Below, piece by piece: positions 12,001 through 24,000 of a DNA stretch of 64,000 bases. Numbering within the stretch: the stretch's first letter is position 1; every line of letters begins with the position of its first letter. The notes under the pieces are model-generated. The model worked only from the letters and a program-made list of their open reading frames with translations. It searched no databases and was not told the DNA's origin. A program made the translations under genes and the position numbers. The stretch lies in assembly GCA_950097015.1 (NCBI GenBank), contig CATNEN010000039.1, positions 9,362,001 through 9,426,000 on the forward strand, given 5' to 3'. The stretch comes from Macrostomum hystrix. Lineage: Eukaryota; Animalia; Platyhelminthes.

Positions 12001-15000
12001 AGTACGGGAGCACGTGGAGTCAATGAACTATCTATAACGAGCTAAAATAGACGAAATGCAGCTCACCTTGTGCTCAGCGATGAGTCTAGCAATCCTGTCC
12101 GCATTGGTCGAGCCGCACTCCAGCTCCGCCACGCGTCTTCTAAAAGCGTCCAAAGCGGCCAGCAGCGGGTCGTATTTGGCCCGGAATTCGGCCGCCAAGT
12201 CGCGAGTCAAATCCAGTTTAGCCCGCCGATCGGTGAGTCGGGCCCTGGCGGACTCGTATCGGCGAGCGACGTCTTCGGCAGCCGGGATGGCGGCTGGATC
12301 CTCGTCGGAAGCAGCGGCTAGGGTTCGCAGTTCGTCTAGGAAAGGGCCCCGATCAGCGAATCGGCCGAGGAGGCGATCAATGTCCTGAATCGGAAGGGAA
12401 AATAGGCGACGTTGAAAATTAGGGAAGCTAAGCAAGTGAGAAGCTAAGGATGTGAGAAGCTAAGGATGTGAGAAGCTAAGGAATTAGGAAGCTAAGGAAT
12501 TAGGAAGCTAAGGAATTAGGAAGCTAAGGAATTAGGAAGCTAAGGAATTAGGAATCGAAGGAATCATGGAGTGATTCACGGTTCGACTAAGGAATCGAAC
12601 CTGCAGCTGTCCGGCCAACGAGTTGGGATCGTTCAACGCCGTCGCCGCTGATTCGCCCTCGCCGGCACTGGAGGCGGCCTCGCACTCGGCCAGCCAATCG
12701 CGCCAGGCCTTCAAAGCGTCGGCGAATCGGCCGCTGCGCAGTGCCCGATTGTCGGCTCGCTCGCGAGCAGTCGCCAATTCGTCGCGAAGCTGGCGCAGCT
12801 CGGCCTGCATCGAGTCGACGACGCCGGAGAGGCTGGCCGCGGCGGCTGGCGAAGCGCCGTGCGCCGAGGCGACCAGCGACTGGCCGGCGGCTGCCAGCTG
12901 GCCGCAGCGAGTCTCCAAAGGCGCCATGGGGTCGCGCTGAAACGCCGTCAGCTCTTCCGGAGCAGGCGTCGCTGTCGTCGCCAGAGCCTTGAGTCGGTCT
13001 CGCGCCGAGGCAATGTCTCCGCGCGCCGATGCCAGCTCGCGCGTTAATCTCTCCAGCTCGTTTAGTCGTCGACGAAGCGAACTTTGGCGATCTTCAGCTC
13101 GACGCGCCAGTCGACGATTCTGATCTCGCAGCCGTTCCAGACGCTGGCCGAGGCGCTCGTCGCCGGCCGCTAAATCGGCCAGACTGTCCGCCTGGTCGGA
13201 CAGCTCGCCCAGCCGGTCCAGAGTCGACCGAATGTCCTCCAGTTGGTCGCGCAGAGTGTCCAAGTCTAGAGAGGCCTGCGGCATCGCGTCCAAGCGACTC
13301 TCGATGGCTGACTGCTCGCCGCTCAACCGGCGTGCCTTGTCCTGCTCAGGTGCGGGCGGGGAGTCGGGCTGGGTTTAGGGAGGGCTGAGATTTTTTAGGA
13401 AATAAAATGCTAAAACCTAACGATTTCTTAGAAAATATAAAGCTTGGATTCTTAAAAACTCTCTATTAATTAGGGATATTTCAAGGAAAGCGGCAAGTTT
13501 GTGACATTTAGAAACAATTAGATAGCTTTTTAGTTAAAATGATAACACTATTTATGCTTTTTAGAAAAAATTTTTTTAAGAAACAGTCTAATTTTTTCTT
13601 TTTACCAACATACTTTACAAGTAAATGGTACAGTGTGGCAGAGCGGGTTAACGCGATCCCTCCCTCGCCCTTTAGGGCCAACCTTCAAGGTACAGTAAAA
13701 GTGTACACTGCCTGTGTACAGTATCTGTGTACGTGTGTGCTCAGGAGTCAGCGGAATAGGCAGAATTGCCTCCTCGCTGGATGCGGGCCTAGTGTCACAT
13801 TATGTGCCACTGCAACAGACATCATTAACAAGCTTCCTACCTTGAATTGTCCAAGGACCTCCGAGCCGGCAGCCAGTCGGCTTGCCAGGCTTCTCAGCTG
13901 ATCCTCAAGGGTGGATCGTCGGGCCGATACTTTGCCAGCTTCGTCGATTAGCTGGGCGCCGACAGAAGCGGGCGCCGCTGCAAGCCGGGATGCCAGGACG
14001 GCGGCGCCAGACGCCAGCTGCTCAGCCGGTGAAGCCAGAGACTCCACAGCCTCCAGCAGGGCGGCAACTTGGCTGGCGAATTTCGAATCGCGCGGCTTGT
14101 CGCCTTCCGAGCTTAGGCCAACCCAGCGAGCTTCAGCGCGATCCAGTTGAGCCTGGTGAGGTTACGGAGTAGAGTGAATGAAGGTGAGGGATGGTAGTGA
14201 GGGAGGTGAGGAATGAGTGTGAATGAAGGTGAGGGATGAGAGTGAATGCAGGTGACGGATGAGAGTGAATGCAGGTGAGGGATGAGAGTGAATGAAGGTG
14301 AGGGAGTAGAGTGTGAATGAAGGTGAGGGATGAGAGTGAGGGAATTGAGGGTTGCAAATTATTTCTATTGGACTGAGATTTGAACCCCCGACCTGGGTTG
14401 AAAACTTATAAAAAAGCGGCATATCTTTACACACGGATAGAAAGCTGAGATAAGTAAAAAAGTGGATAATAAAATACAGGGAGTTCCCCTGCTCTTCTCA
14501 CCAGGCAGTCGGCCAGTCTTTCAACGTGGTTCCTCAGCAGCTCGGCCGAGGCCTGGGCTTCGGCCAGCAGCTGGCCGGCTCGCCGACGGAGCTCGCCTAA
14601 CCGAGCTTCAACGGCCCTAACCTCGGCGTCGATTCGAACCCCGGACTCTCCGCCATTAACTGCGCCAGCGATAAGATCCTCGGCTAGGCGTTTTAATTCG
14701 GCGCATTCAAGAGACGCCTTCTGATCCAGCTCGCTGATGATGTGCCGCAGCTCCTGGAGGGCATGACTGGCCGATTGACTGTCCGGCCTGTCCACTGTCA
14801 GCGCGGCCTCCTTGGCGGACAGTTTGGCTTCCTCCAGGCCTAGCCAGGCCTGCAGGCGGCTGTGCCGCTCACTGTACTTGGCCAGCAGGTCTGCGAGTCT
14901 GCGATTGGCGGCGGGGATGTCAGCGATTAGCCCTGAGGCTTGCCAGGTACTCTGGATCCTCTACTTATCTCATTCCACCGTCTCTCTACACCTTATCTCC

Positions 15001-18000
15001 ACTGCCTCTCTACACCTTATCTCCACTGCCTCTCTACACCTTATCTCCACTGTCTCTCTACACCTTATCTCCACTGCCTCTCTACCCCTTATCTCCACTG
15101 CCTCTCTACCCATATCTCCACTGTCATTCTACACCTTATCTCCACTGTCATTCTACACCTTATCTCCACTGTCATTCTACACCTTATCTCCACCGTCTCT
15201 CTACACCTTATCTCCACTGCCTCTCTACACCTTATCTCCACTGTCATTCTACACCTTATCTCCACTGTCATTCTACACCTTATCTCCACCGTCTCTCTAC
15301 ACCTTATCTCCACTGTCATTCTACACCTTATCTCCACTGTCATTCTACACCTTATCTCCACTGTCATTCTACACCTTATCTCCACCGTCTCTCTACACCT
15401 TATCCCCACTGTCATTCTACACCTTATCTCCACTGTCATTCTACACCTTATCTCCACTGTCATTCTACACCTTATCTCCACCGTCTCTCTACACCTTATC
15501 TCCACTGTCATTCTACACCTTATCTCCACTGTCATTCTACACCTTATCTCCACCGTCTCTCTACACCTTATCTCCACTGTCATTCTACACCTTATCTCCA
15601 CTGTCATTCTACACCTTATCTCCACTGTCATTCTACACCATATCTCCACTGTCTCTCTACACCTTATCTCCACCATCTCTCGACCCATATATCCTGTGGC
15701 CGAATCTCACCTATTCAGCGCGGTTCGCAGCGCCTCCGTGTCGGTGTCCAGCTCGGCTAGACAGGCCTGCACGCTGCTCAGCGCTTCGCGGCCCCTGGCG
15801 GCGCCGTCCTGATTCTCGGCCACAATCAGCGTCATCAGGTCGCGGGACTCCGCCTCGCGCCAGCTAATCTCACCGGCCAGCCGAGTCAGGCCGCGCAGCC
15901 GATCGGCCAGGTGCCGGTTCCAATCCGGAATTTCCTCACCAGCGCCGGAGAGCTCGACCAGTCTGGCTCGACCAATCGGCAGCCAGTCGGCCAGGCGCTG
16001 CACCCGCTGCAGCATCTGATCCTCAGCCTGGCCGGCTCGCGCCCGACGTTGGGCCAGCTCCACCAGGCGAGCTTCCAGTTCGCGCAGCTGACGCTCCAGG
16101 CCGGATAGTTTGGTGCGCAGGTCGAACTGAGTGGCCGGGTCGTCGGTGGCAGCATCGCACAGCCGGCGACAGAGCTCGCGAGCCTGGCCTAGGTTGGCGC
16201 GAAGCGACGACAGCTCGGCCTCGGTTGGTCGACCTGGAGAGGATTCGTGTCCCATTGTATAGTACATTACTCGATAAGCACCCTGCTCAGTTTATAGCTC
16301 CATAAACACACTGCCCCAGTTTATTGCCCCATAAACACACTGCCCCAGTTTATTGCCCCATAAACACACTGTCCCAGTTTATTGTCCCATAAACACACTG
16401 TCCCAGTTTATTGCCCCATAAACACACTGCCCCAGTTTATTGCCCCATAAACACACTGCCCCAGTTTATTGCCCCATAAACACACTGCCCCAGTTTATTG
16501 CCCCATAAACACACTGTCCCAGTTTATTGCCCCATAAACACACTGTCCCAGTTTGTTGCCCCATAAACACACTGTCCCAGTTTATTGCCCCATAAACACA
16601 CTGTCCCAGCTTATCGCCCCATAAACACACTGCCCCAGTTTATTGCCCCATAAACACACTGTCCCAGTTTATTGCCCCATAAAAACACTGTCCAAGTTTA
16701 TTGCCCCATAAACACACTGCCCCAGTTTATCGCTCCATAAACACACTGTCCCAGTTTATTGCCCCATAAAAACACTGTCCAAGTTTATCGCTCCATAAAC
16801 ACACTGTCCCAGTTTATCGCTCCATAAACACACTGTCCCAGTTTATTGCCCCATAAAAACACTGTCCAAGTTTATCGCTCCATAAACACACTGTCCCAGT
16901 TTATCGCTCCATAAACACACTGTCCCGCAGTTTCCGCACGCTCACCAGCTTCTCCGGCCTCGTCTAGTCGATCAACAGCCGCGGGCAGAGCCTCGCCGAG
17001 TCGGCCAAGCAGTGAGTAGAAGTCCAGGGTCGGCTGTCGAAGTCTTTCAAGCGCTTCGGCGCGCTCAGTAAGGCGCCTCCGAAGATTGTCGAGCGACGCC
17101 AGCAGGTCGGCCAGGCCCGCGCGAACACGAGCCGCCGCCGAGTCGGCGTCGGCAGCATCAGCCAATGCGGCTATCGGCAACGACTTCAGCAAAGCTATTA
17201 ATGCCTCGCAGGTGGAACTGAGTTGATTAACGGCCGGCTGCTTTGAGTCCAGTTCGTCTAGAAGTAGATTTACCTGGATCGGAACCGTTTAAACAAATAA
17301 ATAATAAGCCACAATGTATGAAATCGCATTTCATTTGAAAGCAACAACACTTCATAGAAAGATAAGCAAAAATATTGGCGTTCCTTAGAAACGGATATAA
17401 AAATATTAATTATTTTAATTATTGAGGATACCTGCCCCGATTAGGCCAGGTGTGCAGCCGACAGCACAGCCGCAGCTATCGCGCGGCGCATCTGAAGGCT
17501 GCGTACGGCTGTTCAGTCCATGGACTGGGGGGACGCCACACCCACCCTCAATTACCCCAGCTGATGCTGGTTCCCAACAGCGTTGGGTAGTGACTGATTG
17601 GTTGACAGACAGGCGAGGGTGTCCTGTGCCTGAGCTGAGCCTAATATTTAGGATTGATCAGTGAAATAGGAGACATTCGCGTCAGAGTGTCCTTAGTGGC
17701 CCAGTTCCACCTGCTGTAGCCCTTGAAGGCCCAGCAGTCCATCTAGATAAAGGTAGGTGACCACCGAAGACGGAGATGATGTAGGCACATTCGGGTGACA
17801 AGGAGATAAATTTTGAAGGCCTAGCAAGGCCGCACTGAGGAGCAGTGCTAACTCATGTATAGTGGTGTATGAAATACACTAGCGCTTATAGGAAAAATCT
17901 GACCTTCGGCCAGAACCGTTGAATATCTCTACGGTCTTAAGAGCTGGCGACTTGATATTGTTTCAGAAGATGCGCAACAAAGATTTGGCCCTCATTCTTG

Positions 18001-21000
18001 AGTTTCATGTGCTTGCGTTGCTCCGTTTAGGTGCAGCAAAAATTACCCTCCTGGAAGTTCTACTGTTGAAAGTTGGGTAAATTGAAGTGTCTTAAGTGAG
18101 TTAAGGGTCTTGCTGAAGAACACAGTTGTTTGAGTAGAGCCGGGTATCGAACCCCCGAGTCCCGACCTACAAGTCGTGAGTCCAACGCTCTAACCACTAG
18201 GCTATAACCCTCCGTTGGGAAACGGAAAAATCTGAACAAGAATAGTTTCTAAGAAATTCGCAAAAACTCAAAACTTTCTTAGAAACAAATTGTGAACGTC
18301 ATCGTAGGTTTCTTAGAAATATCAGTTGAAAAGTGCAAACCGACCAACCTGCTGAGCCTGAGCGCTGGCCAGAGCGGGGGTGGTGACCACAGGGCAAAGC
18401 ACGGCCAGCATTCGCTCCTTCTGGGTCACCCAGTGCCGCAGCGAGTCCGACTGGGCTTCGCGTTCGGCGAGCAGTTCAACCAGACGACATGCCGCTGACA
18501 GCTGCGACACCGTCGTCGACATCAGGTCGGCTAGACGGGTGGCCAGCCTAGAGGCGGACTCACCAATGCGTCGGGCGCCGACAACGCCAGTCGAAGGCCG
18601 ATTTCTTTGTAACCTTTCAGCGTGGGCGGACAATGCGACAACCGCCGGCTGGACATCGGCGGTTAGGCGACGCTGGAAGTCGGTAACGAGGCGGACACGA
18701 AGCTCGGCATCCGACTGGGTGTCGATGCCAGCCGAGGGTTCAACGGACGCGATGGTGGACGCGGCTTCGGCCTCCTTGGCTTCCAGGGCGGAGTGTGCGC
18801 GGGCGTGATCGGCCCAGTAGCCGCGCAGCTGGTCTGACGTCGATTCGATGTCGCCGCTGCGCCGGCAAAGCGAGTCGCCAATGGAGGCGTAGCGACTTTG
18901 CAGATCGTCGAGTTCCTGAGCAATTTCCGATAGCTCTGTGTGCGAGTGTTGGGGCATGTTTTGCTAATTGCTTTTTTTCTGTTCGTTAAATTAAATACAA
19001 AAAGTGGATTTTTATACTCTAAAGCTGGGATAAGCAAGTGATAAACATTCCATAAAATAAATAATAAAGTACAAATCGTGCTTTTAAAAGATGCTTTTCT
19101 AGAAAGATGTTTTCACAACGCAGGTCAGGTAACGCATTACGCAGAATATAAGTAGCAGTGTGAAGCAGAGAGGTTGCGCATCTGCCTCTTGCACCAAGCG
19201 TTCTGAGCTCGAATCCGCAGAGAGGCCACCCTAATAGTTTAGGGCGCAGCGGCGTAAAGAAGTCTAGGGGTTTGATTACTCTCTTTAAGCCGATGAGGGC
19301 CGACCAACTCAATCCCCGATAGTAGACATGAAATAGGTAGAAATTAGATTAGGGAGAGATGAGACAGGGGAGAGATGAGACAAGGGAGAGATGAGACAGG
19401 GGAGAGATGAGACAAGGGAGAGATGAGACAGGGGAGAGAAAAGATAAGGGAGAGATGAGACAGGGGAGAGATAAGATAAGGGAGAGATGAGACAGGGGAG
19501 AGATAAGATAAGGGAGAGATGAGACAGGGGAGAGATAAGATAAGGGAGAGATGAGACAGGGGAGAGATAAGATAAGGGAGAGATGAGACAAGGGGAGAGA
19601 TGAGATAAGGGAGAGATGAGATAGGGAGAGATGAGACAGGGGAGAGATAAGATAAGGGAGAGATGAGACAAGGGGAGAGATGAGATAAGGGAGAGATAAG
19701 ATAAGGGAGAGATGAGACAGGGGAGAGATAAGATAAGGGAGAGATGAGACAGGGGAGAGATAAGATAAGGGAGAGATGAGACAGGGGAGAGATAAGATAA
19801 GGGAGAGATGAGACAGGGGAGAGATAAGATAAGGGAGAGATGAGACAGGGGAGAGATAAGATAAGGGAGAGATGAGACAAGGGGAGAGATAAGATAAGGG
19901 AGAGATGAGACAGGGGAGAGATAAGATAAGGGAGAGATGAGACAAGGGGAGAGATGAGATAAGGGAGAGATAAGATAAGGGAGAGATGAGACAGGGGAGA
20001 GATAAGATAAGGGAGAGATGAGACAAGGGGAGAGATGAGATAAGGGAGAGATGAGATAGGGAGAGATGAGACAGGGGAGAGATGAGATAGGGAGAGATGA
20101 GACAAGGGAGAGATGAGACAATGGAAGAGATAAAAAGAGGAGAGAAATGAGACACGGGGGGAGATGAGACAAGGTAGATATTAGATAAGGGAGAGATGAG
20201 AAAGGGGAGAGATGAGACAGGGGTTAAGACAGAGCTTGCGGACCTTGCACTATATCAATAAAAGTACTTTTAAAAGACAAGCCAAGCAAATGAAACTGAA
20301 ATGCAGTGACATGCTAAACACAAATAACAAATAAAATTACAACATCAGCATTTATAGAATCTAAAAAGCTAACAGTGGACAGTGGCTCCCATAAAAAATA
20401 AGAAAGAGAACAATGTCTTTTTGATGTGGATCAATAATTTTAAACCAAGCCAAACTAAACCGGGCAAATCACACAACAATTAGACGACAACACCGTTTGA
20501 GAGGTAAAAACATCAATACTAATCGTAGACAGAATGCGCAGGCTGCGAGTTACCATGCAGGGAGGCGGTGTTGCCAACGCTGCAAATTCCGCTGGACTCT
20601 GAGCTGGACACTGGGCTCAATGGCGACTGCCTACTGGCCCAGCCTGCGCGTGATTGATGGCGTTGGTGATTGTTGCTAGGCAACTGGACTGAATTGTTTA
20701 ATAACAAAATCTAGCTAGCTAGTAACTAGCTGTGCTCAGTGTTCAGGTAGTGATTCTACAAGCATACACGTATTTTTTAGACTCATGCAATTGTGCATAG
20801 CTAAAGAATAAAGTTGACCGAATTGTTTCCTGTTAAGAAAAAATTCTATCAGAACTATGTTCAACTGCAAAACACTGACGAAATTCTGTGTTTTCTATTC
20901 GTGATAATGACGCAAATCTAAGTATCTCAGAATCTGAAATGTTCTGTAGACTCTACCTGAGGATCTGGTAGGGTAGTAGACTCTACCTGAGAATCTGGTA

Positions 21001-24000
21001 GGGTAGTAGAGTCTACCTGAAAATCTGGTAGGGTAGTAGACTCTACCTGAGGATCTGGTAGGGTAGTAGAGTCTACCTGAAAATCTGGTAGGGTAGTAGA
21101 CTCTACCTGAGGATCTGGTAGGGTAGTAGACTCTACTTAAGGTTTTGTAGGTAGTAGACTCTACCTGAGAATCTGGTAGGGTAGTAGACTCTACCTGAGG
21201 ATCTGGTAGGTAGTAGACTCTAACTGAGAATCTGGTAGGGTAGTAGACTCTACTTAAGGTTTTGTAGGTAGTAGACTCTACCTGAGGATCTGGTAGGTAG
21301 GTAGTAGACTCTACCTGAGGATCTGGTAGGTAGGTAGCAGACTCTACCTGAGGATCTGGTAGGTAGGTAGTAGACTCTACCTGAGGATCTGGTAGGGTAG
21401 AAGACTCTACTTAAGGTTTTGTAGGTAGTAGACTCTACCTGAGGATCTGGTAGGGTAGTAGACTCTACCTGAGGATCTGGTAGGTAGGTAGTAGACTCTA
21501 CCTGAGAATCTGGTAGGGTGATAAGACTTTAGATAGGAGATAAGACTTTACCTGGGGATCAGGTAGGTTTGTAGACTACCTGAGGATCTGAGAAGTAGAC
21601 TCAGCCATGATCTTTTAAGATGGCATCTACAGCCGATGCGACCTGGGCCGCGGCAGATCCGGCACTAAAAGCTTGAGTCAACTAATTCAACTTACGCGAT
21701 CTCTTATGCGTGGGACTAGACGGGCTGACGATCGCGGCGGCGCCAGACCCGCTGCCGTGCAGAGCGGCGTCGTAGGCGAGGCCGGCGACCATCAGGCGGT
21801 CCATGGCCGGCTGGAAATCCTCAAACTGGCCAGTCAGGACGCCGGCAGAGTGTCGCTGAGCTGTCAGCTCATCGTCGTCAAGGGCCACAGGTGGCAGGGC
21901 GCGCAGGCGAGCCTCGAGGCGGCCCAGCCAGTCGAGCGCCTCACGCCTGGCTCGGTCGTACTCTTCGGCGCGCGACCGCCGCAGCCGCAGTTCTTCGCCG
22001 CGAGAATCTAGGCGAGAATTGAACTCAGTCCACAGCCTCTCCACCTGCATCATTGAGAGGACGTTTTTATTTGATAGTAACGTGTGCAGGAAAGGTACCG
22101 AACAAGGTGGAAACTGTGTACTTAAAAGCGTCTCTAACGACTCAAAAGGGTCTCTAACGACTCAAACCGGTCTCTAACGACTCAAAGGCATTTCCAACGA
22201 CTGAAACGCGTTTCCAACGACTCAAACGCGTCTCTAACGACTCAAACGTATATCTAATGAATTAAACAACATCACTTTAACTTCGCACGAGATGCGTTTT
22301 AAAACTAAAAGCAGGTTTAACACTACTAAGCAATATATTTTTCTGGCTTTGTTTGAATCGCCTCGTTCTTTTTACTTTTCAAAAGCCTTAAAGTAATCTA
22401 CTCTCGTATATGACTTTACACGCGGCTAAAGTTTCTATCGCACTAGTTTTTTCAGAATTCAGTCAGGGCCTCACCTCCTGCCACGTTTCCCTAACGAATT
22501 CGCCGGTAACTCCACCGGCTGTTGCCGCTTCACTGTCGGGCGCCTCGTTGGAATCAGAGGCGGCAGCGGCTCCTTCAGCGTCAACGGCAGTGGCCATTCT
22601 CAGCAGCTCCCTGGCCAGACTACGCACCGTGGAAAGTCCGCCCTCCGCCAGCTCGTCGCGCTGTCTGTCCAAGGTGTCCAGGCGTTCCAACCAGGCGGCG
22701 TCGGTGGCCGCAGCCGCCGCGGCAGCCGTTGGCAATGGAGCCGTCAGCAGCGGCACTTGCTGAGCCAGCCAGGCTCTCGTTGGCCTAGCCGATGCCAGAA
22801 ACGCCGCCAGACTATCTCGTGCCGCGTCGACCGCCTCGCGTCTGGCCGCCAAGCGTCGCTCCACTTCGTCGAATCGTCGTCGACAATTCACCGCTCGCTC
22901 GCGCAGCTGGCCGGTGGCTGAAGCCGAGGCTGGCGAAGCGGCCGCCTCCGCCTCAGCCAGGCCGTCTTCGGCTGCCTGCAGCGACGCTTGACGGCACTGC
23001 AGCTCGGCTTCCAGCACCTTGACCTGTTGAGCCTGCTCGTCCAGCAGTTCAGGGCGTAGGCCGACAGGTCGCATTGTATCGAGCTGACGCAGGGCCAGCG
23101 CTAGCCACTGCTGCAGGCCGGCGATGGCCTCCTGCAGGCCGGAGCAGTGCAGCAGCTGGCGTTGAAGGCTGGCGCCAAGGTCTGCGCACTCCTGCTTCAG
23201 TCGATCCTGCCTATTGAGCAGTCCGTTCACCTGGTCCTCGGCCTCGGTGGCTGCGACTGGTGGTCGACTGTGACCCTAGAATGTACAAATGTATGGAATG
23301 TATCATGCAGATGTTTCATGTACTTTGATGACAATATGACAAAACCAGAGAACTCAATAACTCAATACGAGGGGGTCAGTGGAAGAGCTGTTAACAAGTT
23401 AGCCTCTCGCACCAAGTTCGATTCCTCGGGTAGGCCACATTTATTTGGGGCGCAGAGAAGGCATTGGGTGTTTGTCGTGCAGTTTACGCCCTTGAGGGCC
23501 AACCTCCAAGGCACAGTCAAGTTTACACAGCCTGATGATGAGAAAGTCAGGGCAGATGTACATAAAACTATTCTTATGACGCAATACAAACCCCAGAGTC
23601 GGCATCCTCAGCCAAGGCGTCCGTCAACGACTCCGCCGCCTGGCGCAGACGTTCTACCAGGCCGTCCAATGAGAACAGGTCGGCGCTGAAACTGCGCACC
23701 CGCTGGGCTAGGGCGGCCAGCTCCGGCTCGCTTATTGGCCTCTGCTCAGCAAGCTTAGCCAGCTGAGACTCTAGAGAGGCCAGCTGGGATTCGGCTTGGC
23801 GCCTGAGGGTGAGGAATTCTCTCGCCAGCTCGGCGGCTGCTAGCCGAGCGCGGAGCAGCTCGCGGCATAGGTCCGTTAGGGCCGATTGGCGCTCCTGAAC
23901 CGATCGGACTGCCAGCCTGACGGCGGCCTCAGATTCGTGCGCAGTGCCAACAAAGCCAGCCGGCGATGGGTCTGACGGATCTGCCGCAGTCGATACGAAG

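Noticed and set aside
14812-20172. ORFs over the 24-bp and purine-rich minisatellites (similarly at 3637-4305, 9487-9822, 24212-25065)
   Set aside because: Translations of intronic tandem repeats with no splice or protein-family support.
21643-21664. Possible 22-nt microexon (ttttag|TGCCGG...CCCAG|gtcgca) pairing with a phase-2 acceptor at 20675
   Set aside because: Needs a 31-nt intron and a weak donor, and a simpler phase 1-1 model exists. Not excluded without RNA data.
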